DNA from: Pelomyxa schiedti
Taxonomy: Eukaryota > Protista > Evosea
Assembly (NCBI GenBank): GCA_020536535.1
Contig: JAHLWZ010000951.1
Location: 1 to 39,113, forward strand
DNA length: 39,113 nucleotides
Reading direction: 5' to 3'
How positions within the stretch are numbered: position 1 is the stretch's first letter; the number at the start of each line of letters is the position of its first letter. The notes below the pieces were generated by a model, which did no database searches, was not told the origin of the DNA, and saw only the letters and a program-made list of their open reading frames with translations. Shown one piece after another: positions 9,578 to 22,342 of the stretch. The position numbers and the translations under genes are program-made.

Positions 9578-12500
9578 TTACAGATAAAAGGCTAATATGT
9601 TGTGCCTATCAAACAAGTCTTTGACTGCTGGGAGTGCACTGGGAACCCAGTTGGTGTGCGCAAGTCGCCGCTTGTAGCCCTCAATAGTGAAGCCCTTTTT
9701 GTCCAAAACCTGTGTAGGATCACAGTTTTATTTGTTAGCCATTCTTGGAGGTGAAAGTGAAGTGAAGTGCAGAAAGAATTCAGGATTGGAATGGAGAAGT
9801 TACCACGTTGGCGATTTCGCTGTAAGGGACAACCCACTGGCATGATGCCTTGCCCCCGTGATGCCGCTGAATCAGAACCACGTGGGTTGTTGTAAGAATG
9901 AGAGAAAGCTGCTGGGAGCCTGATGTATCACAAGACACCCTCTCCACAAAGACCAAACCCTGTAAGTAGTGAGAACTAGGCCATGGGAAGGAGCGTATCA
10001 AGTAGGAAGGATAAAGGAAGGAAGAGGGGGACGGGGGCATACTTTGCCGGCAAAGCTCAACAAAAATTGCCCAAGGGTGTCATTGGCTGGGGTGTTGTAC
10101 GGCGAAGCACTGGAGGCTGTATTTTTGGCTGTGCTGAGTGGGAGGGGGGTGGATTGTGCTCGGGGAGAGGAACCCGGCTGCGGGCGGGGTGGTTTGGTGG
10201 GTGGGGATGTTGGCTGGTGGGCCACAGAAGCCGAAACTGGAAGGGGTGTGTGTGGCGGGGGCAGTGAGGGTGTGGAGGCGGTCTTGACTTGCTGTGGGAG
10301 GACCGCCAGGGGAGGCGGGGGAGGCAGGTCCGATGTGGAATGTGTTTTGATGGTGCCGAATGCGGAGGGATAAAGTTGGAGTGGGGGTGACTGTACATGT
10401 GGTAGGAGTATCTGGGGTTGCGGTTGCATCAACAGCGGTGGCTGGGTCTGCGGCTGTAGGGACGGTGATGGGGACGGAGGTGGGGACGGGGAAGGGCCAA
10501 GAGGGGACAGACCCGGGGTCGAGGGTGGGGAAACTCGTATCGCGAGAGGAGACTGTTCTAATGTGGGTGAAGTTGGTGTTAAAACAGGGGATGAGAGCGC
10601 GGATGAGGAACGTAAAGGTGCAGATTGCACTCTCGACAATGCCAAGTTGGATGAAGAGGTTGCCAGTATTTGGCTGTGCAATAGTCCACTGAATGGGTTC
10701 GGAGTACCTGGAGACTTCTTTCGGGAGACTCTGCGTGCGGAATTGGCAGTGCTAGACACACCACCATTGACTCCTTGGGCTGTTCCTGCCGCAAGATCAA
10801 GTAATCCAGCAGCAGGTTTTGTTACTAAGCCGATAGTTCCGCCGACCATGCCACCAAGCAGCCCAAGGGCACCATGTTCTTGAAATCCTCGCATTGGCTG
10901 TGTGACAACGCCAGTGAATCCGCTTTGCACACCAAGTTTAAGAGCATGTCCTCCCTTCGCTAGGCCATCGACAACACTAGTTGGCTTAGTAAGCATCACT
11001 TTCTGGTGCTCAGCGATATCTTGATTTCATTAACGCTAAAATTGGAAACGTCACAGCTCACAATCCTTATCCCTGGTTGCCGCGCCTAGCTGAGAACCAG
11101 CCCAGGAAGACAATGAGCCTGTAAATCCCACAAGACCTGAAACAGAGTGCTGTGCCATACTTAAAGCACCTTTGCCAAGACCAATTCCAAACCGTGTTTT
11201 ACTCACTGCTGCACCTTCATAAGACTCATAACTACAGTCAAGTTAGTTTGTTGTTCGTTGTATCGTTTATTTGTGGGAGCAAACAAGAGGTCCATGACGC
11301 CAGTTTTAAGGTTTCGGAATAAGAGCATAGGATTTCCAATGATTTCAGAGCTTCCAAAAAGAACCAGAAGTTGCTTATTTGCTTGGCTGGTGTAATGGCT
11401 AAAACATCTCTGAGCGAGATCCCCCCACTCCAAGAAGACATCTTAAGAAAAATGTCAGACGTACATATGATTTGGATGAAAGACCTTCAACAACAAGTTC
11501 AGAGAAATGTATGGGAGCACGTACAATGTTTCCCATTACAATTCCAGTGATTCTTAAGAGTCGATTGTTATCATTTGCTGCATGCGGATCGTCATTTCTT
11601 TGAGAAGGTGAGAAGGGAAAAAGGTTTAAAGAGTATCAAAGTACACACTTTATCAGCAATGGTGTGAAAGAAACATTAATGAAGAGTGGATTAAGGAATA
11701 GCAGCTTCACATATGCATGCCTCGTTTCAGAGGAGTTGTTGTTCTGGACGAGATTAACCAACTATTAGCATTTTGCAAGTCATACTATGGTTGGGGTAGT
11801 GGGAGGGCTTTCCCCCATGGCTGCTTTAACCTCCTTGGAAATGAAATCACTTATCCCAAGGATTCTGTGTAATGTATCCCCTGAGCTCTCATTAGGAAAT
11901 AGATGACTGATGGAAAAAAGAAACCTGTTACTTCAATCTCAATTTCTTGAACAAGTAAATCCAGAATTTCAAAAAAGTCAATGGTTTTATTCTCCAAAGA
12001 TCTTATTGTAGATAAATGAAGAGCTGGTTTTCCAGTATGATCCCTTGTTGTGTACAGCATAACGGGGTATAGTTCATCGATCTATAAGAATGAGAACGTG
12101 CGTAAAGCTTTCCTCACTTACTTGATTATCCAACTGTATTTCATATATATTGAAAACTAGAGAGTCCCGAAGATTAGATCTGGAATACTGAAAGTCTATA
12201 TCACTCAAGGTGAGATACAGAAATTCAGTTGATGTTATTTCAACCCTTTGTGAGATTAATTGTGAAATTGATGAGTGTCGTTATACAATGAAATGCCAAG
12301 GGACACATTTGCTAGCTCGATGCATAATGTTGTCTCACCTTCCCGTTTTTGGCTTGTTGCTGTTGCTGGATCATCACAATCCCACACCTAATGAGAGCGA
12401 AATCAGTCTCATGAAAAACAATAGAAGGAGACCTTGATGATGCGGGTTGGACCACAAGCTTCCACACTCAAAACCATGCAGTTGGGAATTGTAGTTAACC

Positions 12501-15500
12501 CAAGTTTGAGTATATCAACAGGATGTGAGGAAACAGCCAATGTACGGCTTTGGTCGGGCAAATCTGGGTTTTTCATTTTAAGAAAAAGCTGTGTAAAGAA
12601 CTTCGAATACCCCAGGCAAAATCAACATAATGACTGGGAGGTACAGTTTGTACTAAGGGGCAATTACCCTGTCCCACAAGAATTGGAGTGGAACGATAAT
12701 TTTCAATCAAAAACTGTGGAACAGCAAGTGGGTAAACTTTGACAACAGTAGCCTTGCCCTTTAATGTGATATGCTGATAATTCTTAGTGAAATTGTAAAA
12801 CAAGAAATACAGTACAATTGAAACAAAGTAATAGTCCCCAATGCTATTTTTGAGTCTTACTGAAAATTCATCTAAACTATCGACTGGAATAAACCCAGTG
12901 CATTTAAAATCATCCACTACAATCTTCAAAAAGTTAGTTATCTGAAACACCAATCAGCATTGAAAACCTGAAATTTTGAGTTGGCACAGTAAAGAGGAAC
13001 AACTGCTCCAGGTTCCACTGAGCCATAGGTGCTTCCAATCATTGTGTATTTCAAAGTAACAGGGAGAGCGTTCGATAAATGTAATGCAGATGACAAGGTA
13101 ACAACTTTTACGTCACCATAAGCAGGAGCGGCAGTGATACTAACGACGATATTGTAGACCTCATTGAGAGAATCACCAGGTACAGAGACTACACCACTTG
13201 CCCCTATTGTGTTTATAGGAATTGGTCTACTCTGTCTTCTGTATCCTGCGAGTTGTAGGTTTGCACTCTCCCACCCAACGGCGGGAAACAGTATAGGCTT
13301 AGACTCAGTCACTGCAATACAGAATTCGCCCCCAATATTCCTTGGATTTGGCGTGAGGCCCAGAAATAAACCTGTGGTGTTGAACAGCCAGAATGGACAA
13401 GATATAGTTGCTCGCCACACAGCACTTTTTATTTTCTGCAATGCCAAGGGAAGAGAAAGAGAACCAAGAGTAATACTAGGTGGGCAATCTACAGATTCCT
13501 TTCCATGCTTTGGAGCCGTGAATGGGTCAATACGCATGAAAGAAAGGTACAAACTTTATCAAAACTTCGAGTGAATACAGGGATAAACGGGCTCCACTCA
13601 TTACATTCTGATCTTATCTGATAATCAATGAAATGGATGGAAAGGCAAAAATCATTTGTCATTCCTGTGGAGATTAGTCCTATATTAGGTGTTATGAAAT
13701 AGAAACCTAGATGTACGGGGGCACTATGCCCAGGCTCAACAATACCATCAGCAACCACACACCCGTGCTCTGCTACTCGAAATTCAAACGTGTAGGGGAG
13801 TTCATTCATTATCTGAAAGGCAGCACTTACAGTAAACTGTAAAACGTCCTCAGTTTGAACTTTTGAGGTAAAATCTTCATCGCCACTGTCGTCCTTCCAC
13901 AATGCAAAGACCACTGGTCGACTGCCAACCTCCCCATAGGATGCAACAGGAACACTCCAAGAAGCCTTTATGTTGGACAGCATGAATCCGCTGGAGTATT
14001 TATAGCCAAACCCTGCAGGCCGGATAAAGCAAACACACATTTCAGGAAACATCACAGGTAGATAGCAAATTTCTCCTGGAGGCAGTGTTTCAGTAACAGA
14101 TTGCCCAGATTGGTGTTTGAACATCAAATCGAGAGGCATTATACATGAATTACGTACACGTACTTGTGAATGAAGTGAAACAACTTTTACACCGTTTTCA
14201 CAAGTAATTTCAACAATAAGTGTGCACTTGCTAGTATTAGTAACATTCGTGAGGGAAAATGTGTGCTTCCGTGCACGGGAGAGATTGATAAGTGATGTCT
14301 GAGAACAAGATCCAACTTGGAAGGATGTCTTCATTGGTGCACCACTGTCATTGTCAAGTTCCAAAACGGCTCTTGGCTCTAAAGAGAAAGTGTCTTGTTG
14401 TATCTGAAAAACTACAGTATGGCCACTGTGATTTACAATGCGGTAGGGCTTGGTTATAGTCCCACTTGGGATGCTTAATTTTTTTACAAAACTGTCATAA
14501 TCAGATGCCCAGACATTTAGCAAGGCTTTAACGGTAGCTATGAATTGTACACTTGCTGTAAGTTCTATTTTCTTTTGTGGGAGTAGAGAAAGAAGGGCAT
14601 GAGGACAGTAGTTCAGCGAAGCATTACACTGGAACGGTTGAACCAATGACTCCCAGGCAGACAATAATTCGTTGTAGAATTGTGCCTGTAAGCAGAATTC
14701 AAGCATATTTTGGGTGAAGTTATTGATACAGTTGAGTTTCGTTTCGGTAAAAGAAATTTCTACTACTGGCCTGGAAAGGGCGTTTCTGTTGTTGACTAGG
14801 GCAACACTAACTTGAGAACATTTGATGCTCACATTGACAGTAATCCCTTCACCAAAATATTTTGTAGTCATTGAAGCGCCTTTAGAATACTGTACTGGTA
14901 GAAGTTGGGGACCGGTGTGCTGACCAGATGGTACAATTCGTTTTGGAGAATGATCAGTAAGAGTGATTGTGGGCTGGCTTGAATCCATCCCACTTCCCCA
15001 CATTTGTTTATTTTTGCTAAATTGTAGTACCACAATGGCGGCGATCCTTAAGTCAAAGTATGAAACCACTGAAACAATGTTGCTTGAGCTGAAGTCCAAA
15101 TCAATTTTATTATTTTGGAGTGCACAGGTGAAAATCAGGTCACAAGGGCACAGTATAGATGTCTTTTTTGAAGATTTCGTTTCAGTTGTAGATGAAGAAA
15201 ACACCTCTAAGCCACCGATGTAAAAATTGGCTCTTGCCTGCTGTGAGGAAAGGGATGATAATTCGGCGTTGAATTGGGAGAGCTGCAATGTTACAGTGGC
15301 TGAGGTGGGCTTATTGACATCTTCAACAATTACAATCAAAGGGTTGTGAAGGGCACATTCGAATTGAATGGAATAGTTTGGAAGATAAGATGTAAGAGTT
15401 TTCTGGGAGGTTTTCTTGTTCACCTTGGAATGCTTGGCCGCAGGGTCCACAACGGGCTTCGGTAAACCCGAAGTACTTGAATCAGTTGGGGCCGCAGTTG

Positions 15501-18500
15501 GCATAAAAAAATCTGAAATTGCTAGAATAAGGTGTGGCAGTAGGATTAATCGTGGTTGTATCAGTTTTAGGGATGCCTTCTTGCCTCCTGTCACGGAACT
15601 ACAATATTCAGCAGACACCAAAGGTTCTGTGCTTTCACTTGCAGTAGCTACCAGCTGCTTGAAATTACTTGGCTGACTTTGCTGTGTTTCGTCTTCAATA
15701 GTTATTGAACTCAGGGATACTTTTGTAACGAGAGCTTGCTCTGATGCAGCGCCTGGGGTTGTTTCAATCATAGGGAAGTCTGTTGATGCTATGGAAGCGA
15801 CAAGATTGGAGAGAGTACAGTGTGCAACATCTTCTAAGCGTACAACCAATCGCTGCAACAGGAGAGCACAGCACCATTTGTCAGTATTGACAAAAGCAGA
15901 AGATGTGGGTTTAATCTTTGCCTCTGGCTCTCTTGGCAATACTGATGATGGTGGTTTAGGGGGTGGAGAAGGGTTTTGTGAGAAAAGACTTGTACAGATC
16001 GATAGTAGAAGTTCGTATTCCAATTTGGAAAAGCTCACACTTATGACAGGTATAGAAGCACTCACATTAAGGTAAGGTAATCGCTCAAGGGTGAGTTCGA
16101 TGTCGATGTTTCCAATAATTTGTTTGTAAGGAGAACTTCCATCTAGAAGTAAACTCAGATCCGAATCGCGAAACCATAAACTGAGCTTTCCATGTGCTAC
16201 ACCTTCTGTGTCCTTACTGTCCTTTATAATGCAAGTACCAATGTTGCATTTAACTTCGCTTCTATTCTGCTTGTTGTCCCGAAAGATGATCTGTGGGCCT
16301 GTAAGTACTGCATCGACACATAACCGCCTAGGAGCTGTTATCACTGTTTCTATGGCCTTTTCAGCAGTTGCTTGAGCAAAACTTGTTAGAAGTGATAACT
16401 CTGCTGCGTAGGCTTTCATGTCCGAAAAGAAAGAGGGGACATAGATGGCAGAAGACTTTTCTGTTCTGACTGTAAGGCCTATCAAATCAGGATTCATTGC
16501 TACTTGTAGTTGGCATGCGCCACCTTTCCCAAATGACAGAATATTTTCATGTGTTTCAGTATTAGTGATTGTTACAGATTCCAAATTGGAAGTCTGGTGG
16601 AATGTCAGAGGAAAACGAAAACTAAAACGGGTACCAATTCAGTTGAAGAGGTATTGGAATTGTAGTCTAAGCCAACCATGCCTTTCTCCAATTTGGCTAC
16701 GGCGAATTTCTTTCCGCCAGACACCTATTTTTAAAGTTGGTAAAATGCCAGAAAAAACCTTGAGGCTACCAGAGTTAGAGTCAAACATCTAAGAAGCACT
16801 TCACAATGGTACTTGCTGTTCACTGGAGCAACAGAACCCGGAGGTGAGAGTGCCAGCCAGGTCTCTGAGTCTGGATTGAAGTACCTGAATAGTTCGACAA
16901 ATGTGTTTTGATTAAAGCTTCCCCACATTGTATGGAAGTTGATTATTAGACCCTGTGATAAGACAAGATCAGAACCAAGCTCCCTGCTGTATGTCAGAGA
17001 AACACTATCCGTTGGGCAGCAGTTTTTATCGCAACTTTCCTCAAGGAGCAAGGTGCTTTCAGATGTGCCTTGGGGAGAACAACTCCCTAAAGTACTTGGA
17101 AGTTTGTCCATGCCTTTGTATGTCAACAATGTGCGGAAATCCGGTCCATAGGGTTGCATAGTATCCACTACATGCAGCCCCTTAATATCAGATTTGATGA
17201 CATAACAAGGTCCGCGTTGCGTAATAATAACTCCAAATTCCAGCATATCCAAAATAGCAAATGGAGAGTGTGCATTATACGATGTGAGCTGGAGAGAAAG
17301 ATTTCTGAATGAAAACGAGTACACCCGCCAATTGACATGCAAGTCTTGTGGTAAAGGTGAGGGAGGCAGTTTATATTCATCAAAGTTTTCAAATAGTATC
17401 CCAATAAAAAGGTTATACTGAGCTTGAGAAAATGACATCTTGACGGTTTTAGTTGAGGCAAAAAATTAAAAGATTCCTACTAAAACTGGCGGGATGTCGA
17501 TAGTAAGGTCAATTTCTGGGTGAAGTTTTTCAAAACTCCACAGCGGTCTTTTGTAGTGGCAGGTAATAGAAACTACGAAAGGTTTGATTGTGTTCAAAGA
17601 AAGAAGAAAGAAACCTGCGTCAGTAAGCTTGTATGGTATACAAGTGCCCTCTTTGAAATGATTGGAAGTTAAGCTTTGCAGATCAACATCAATTCTCATA
17701 TCGTCGATTTCTGAAAGAAAACTGGGAAGGTTTAGTGAAAACATTCATCATAATAAATTAATAAAGTATCTTGAATGGTGAATACCTATTAGAGACCACG
17801 ACTTTTTCTATTTTCCCAACAAAGGAATCTTTGCTTCGAGAATTTCGAGGAACCAAGAAAGTAATGTTATACCCAAGAATTTCAAGCTTCAGTTTGGAAT
17901 CCTTGGGCAGAAGAACATTGTGCAGCTGATTTATGACGATGGCACGCATCTCCTGGAAATTACTTATATAACAAAGCAGCTGCTGTACAAATCGAAACAA
18001 GAATTCAATATGTGCAGAAGTAATTTCAATATGAATCAAGGTATCATAGCCAGGATAATTGCGTGCCCATTTGGAAAATAGTCCAACATTGAAGGTGACG
18101 GGCTTGTTTGTCAGAGTGGTGAGGGCATCTTTGTGCAAAGTGCCATCTACTGTCAGATCAGAAACCGTAATAGACCCAAGAGATCCTGTTGCGGCTACAG
18201 TACGTTTGTGAATATTGACGCAAGTGTCTACATTTGAAACAGAAAACTGAGCCAGCACTTCTCCATCTTTATTCAATTGCAAATTGAGGTGGTTGAAAAT
18301 TACACTGACGCGAAGCAGAGGTGATTCCTTAGGTGGAGAAGATTGAGGGGCAGGAGCAACATCTGGAGTCACCCCAAAGTCAAAAAATCGCATTAACTGT
18401 GCCACTGTGGGGAGATTCACAACTACAAACAGGGAATTTGCCACCACCTGTAGTATTTCAACAAGGTCTCTCAAGACTTTTTTTTTTTTTACCTCAACAC

Positions 18501-21500
18501 TGAGGGGCCCATTTCCACCAGCAGACACAGTAAGATTAATCAATTTTTCTGATCCAGAGGATACAAGAAGAGGGTTTTTGCACATTACCCAGTGATCTGT
18601 CACATTTAGTGATTGCACCCCAAGCTGTGCTTGTTGCCTGTAGCAGTGATGGGTGTCTTAGTAATTTACTGTTAGTCTGGGAATAAGAGAAACTATGCTC
18701 TAGGGCAAGTTACATGTGGCATGGATCCCTTTTGTGGTAACGTCAACCAACGGTCGTTTATCAATAAATAAATGAGCCGCAATGTTGCGCAAATCGAATT
18801 CCAGTGATAATAAAAACGGATCATGTGATAGCATATCTTCTCTTTCAACAATGTCTAGACCTCTTGCACCACCAGAAGGGATTGGAATAGAATGGATGTC
18901 CTCTATTTGAGGCAATTGCTTATTCATGTGCTCTTTCAGTATCTCCTTCAAGGAAGATAAAGCAGCATCGCTCATGGAGATATGGATATCCTCAATTTGC
19001 CCTTGAATTTGAATCTTTGGGTGAATCGAATCTGTTGGGAGTAGATACTGCGAAAGAGCGAGTTCAACGGTGAAAGGAGGGACAATGCATTGAACATTGG
19101 AAAGTTGACTGTGCCAGTTATTTGAGGTATGTCCTGGAAGGAGAAGTGTGTGTAAATTGCTTGCTGTTACTAGGTAGTGATCATAGTGTTCAAATGTTGG
19201 AGAATCACAGGAAGGCTCCATAACACCGTCCAGTTTACTCTAAGAGGATTCATGGAAATAAAGGTTATTAATGGAAATACAGATTAGCAACGATTTACCC
19301 TCACGTTCAATCTCCCTAGATCAAGAAGGAGCATTGGAGTGCCAGGCAAATTATTTTTTGGGATGACAACAAGAGGAGAATGCAAATCAACGTCAAAATC
19401 AATCTGCTAAGAGTTGAGAGGCAGTAAACGAATGTTTCAACAACCCTGATGCGATTTTCTGCCACCTGAGCCCAGTTAATGCTGGTGTTCTCAGTTACCC
19501 AGTTGTTAATATCACCATTGATTTCATTGGTCATTATAGATGTTGGGGTCTGGAAGAAATTGGAAACCTATGGCTGTTAGTCTAAACAGGACGTTGATGG
19601 GAAAAGGGAGCTACTCTTCGAATAAATGATGGTGAGACAAAAATCTCCAAAGGGAGAAGACGCATTGTTACAGCAAGGTCCGCACGTTTGTCAGCCGAGG
19701 TTTTAATATTCATACAAAATGTTGTTGGTGCTGTCATGGTTGGGGGACTGGGCATGATGAGAGGTTGTGAGGGGGAACTTAGAGACTGCTCCTCAGACGT
19801 TTGCTGGTGATATTCTTGAGAGTTGGAAGTTGTTTGATTTGTGTCCACAACACCCAGATTTTGCTGGTACAACTCATATGGGGGAATTGTGCGCAATGAA
19901 ACCACATTCCTAAAGAGTTCCCCATTGTTTTCAGCTTTTTCATCACAGATTTTTACTCCTCCAACCTTGAAATCAACCTCAAATTTTCCTTGTTTCCTTC
20001 TCCAATCAATACTAGACTGTGAAACCTCAAGTGTTGAGACTGCACTGCCTGGGGCTTCCATCAATGACACACACAAAGTATGCACAAGTAAGCTTGCATG
20101 GAGTTTTACAGTACTCATTAATATTGTCTCTATCTGCTCTCCCTGGTATCCAAAGGCGCGCAATAGCTCCTGTTTTTGTTCTTCAGTAAGTGGAACAGGT
20201 GCATTTGTGTCCTCTACAGGAGCCACTGGTTGGGTTACGGTAGTGCTACCTCCCCACCATGAAGAAAACCATCCACCCTGCTTTTGTGGAGGAGGGGGAG
20301 GTGAAGGTTGTTTCAGTGGAATATGCGCCTTTCTTGCTTGCAACACAGTTAAGGACCGAAAGTAAATAATGTCTTCAAAAGCGAGTTGCTTTTGTATCTC
20401 ATTTACGAAAGTGGTGTCTTCTGCAGTTTCCTTCCAGAATTAAAAAAAAAAATACATAGATGATAATACTCACTTTTCCAGCAAGAATTTTGGCATATGC
20501 TTGAGTGTATTTGATGCGGTTGTCCCTACGTTGTGCTATTTGTGCCCATTTGTAAGGAAGTTTCCTCTTTTTAACATCATTCAATACTGAGTTCATGGCA
20601 TACTTCAACCATGCTCTGGGATTAGCTGATACTGAAACCACTGGTCTACCTTTCTACCAAGTATTATTAGGTGGTTGTCTTTTCAGGTAGTACCTTCATT
20701 AAGTTCTTTTGGATAGCATGAAGGTTAGTTGCGACTTCCAGGATATTCAGGTATTGTAATCTATTCAAGTACAACACAATGCGGTCGAATCCAATATGAA
20801 CACTGTACTTTGGTGGAACGGACTGTCCGGGTACTGAGGTTCCGTTGTTAATTGTTACTTGCATTGTACCGGAAATGGGCTCAAGGATAAATGTGTGACT
20901 GGATGTAGCAGGATCAACCTTTGAAATAAACTAAGTCTTTTCCTTTATCAAGGATAAAATACAGTACCAAACGAGACATCTCAGAGCAAAACGCTTCAGC
21001 TGTCGATGTGGTAACATAGTCCGTATTGTTGTCACAGTAGACGGAAAAGTTATGTAGAGAAACAAGCTTGTGAAGTTTATCTTGTGGGAAGAGTGTGGAA
21101 AATATGTACTTTATAGACACAGTCACCAGAGTCATTGACATACATAGGTTGCCATTGGGAATTTGTTGTTTCTAGTAATATAAGCATTCTTTCAAATGTC
21201 AGTAGTACCTGCTGAAATGTGTTGGATGGTTATGCCAAGAGCAAATCTGTCTGTTTCTGACGTGGCTGCCTCAAATCTGGGATAAATTGTGGATGTGATG
21301 ATACATAAAATGTGGTACCTCAAATGAATGTTGGAGAGCTTAATCTGCATATTTGCCAGTACCTTGGTGAACACCCGTTGACTAAATGATGTCTGCTGAC
21401 TTGCGTCATCTTAGCAAAGGTAAGGTTTTAATAGTTAAAGATACGATACCAGTGGTGGGCTTCTTTGAATGTGATGCCTCATATAGAGCTACCTTGTCCA

Positions 21501-22010
21501 TTTTTAGCTTGTGCAGCTTTGCATCAATTGCGTCGTCACTGTCAGGAGCAACCGAGCCTTGTGCACCTTTAATAACGAGAACAGCATATATTCCATCGAC
21601 GGAGATAATTGAAGGTTTGCTGCTCAGATTTTTCCATGGGACTTCAATGTGGAGTGTTTTGATGTAGCCTGCCACAGGAAGAATTCACAAGTCAGTCAAT
21701 CCCACAATCACGCGTCAGGTGCCCATACCTTTCTTAACAACAACAGGGAGATCAAGCCCATTGAACGCACTCTCCTTCAACTCCAAATTGGAAATTGTAG
21801 CACCGCCTTAATGAGCCAACAACCAAAATTTAACAACTTGTATTTGGTTTTTTATTGCACGCAAAAAAAGGGGGAAAAAAGACAAAGAACAAAAGAAAAA
21901 AGCATATGCACACCAGACCAAGGATCTAGAACGAGGTTGTTTGCGTCCAAAGTCTTTACGTATTCACCCACATACTGACGCAACAGATCGCTCACCAACT
22001 TCTCGAACAT
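9578..22010 (-). CDS. VPS13: VPS13 family bridge-like lipid transfer protein (multi-exon)
   Basis: Chorein-N start 'MFEKLVSDLLRQYVGEYVKTLDANNL' (ATG at 22010), then 'KESAFNGLDLPVVVKKG|YIKTLHIEVPWKNLSSKP' and 'NPRAWLKYAMNSVL'. VAB-type repeats 'YRIVNHSG', 'VRVRNSCIMPL', 'FQIMNELPY'. C-terminal 'GFTGVVTQPMRG...GLVTKPAAGLLDLAAGTAQG' followed by PH-like exons. The last exon (9709-9578) and many internal boundaries are inferred. Confidence 0.93.
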
Positions 22011-22342
22011 CTTTGATCGTTTGACGTTGCGTTGTTTTTTTTTGTTTTTTGTTGTTTTGTTTGTTTCCCCTTCTTCGTTGCTTTCCGAAATGACATTTGC
22101 CGTTGATGAAATTTACGATTGGTGCCCAATTTCCTCACATTTCCCCGACTGACGCTGGCCCCAAGACCTGGTTGGGAGTTTGGGCTGGGTTCAGCTCGGT
22201 TTAACCCAGCTCCCTCCCTGCGGCCGCTGCGGTGACTGTTGTTGGCAGAGGATTCTTTCCCAGTCCCCACCTCCCACCCCTCGAATTTGTGATCAGATCG
22301 CGTCTAGATTTAATTGTCTTCGTTGTTCGCGTTGCGTAGGCG
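22011..22342. promoter_or_regulatory. Putative bidirectional promoter between VPS13 and SEC24
   Basis: 332 bp between divergent ATGs (22010 on -, 22343 on +). No specific element was validated. Confidence 0.45.
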
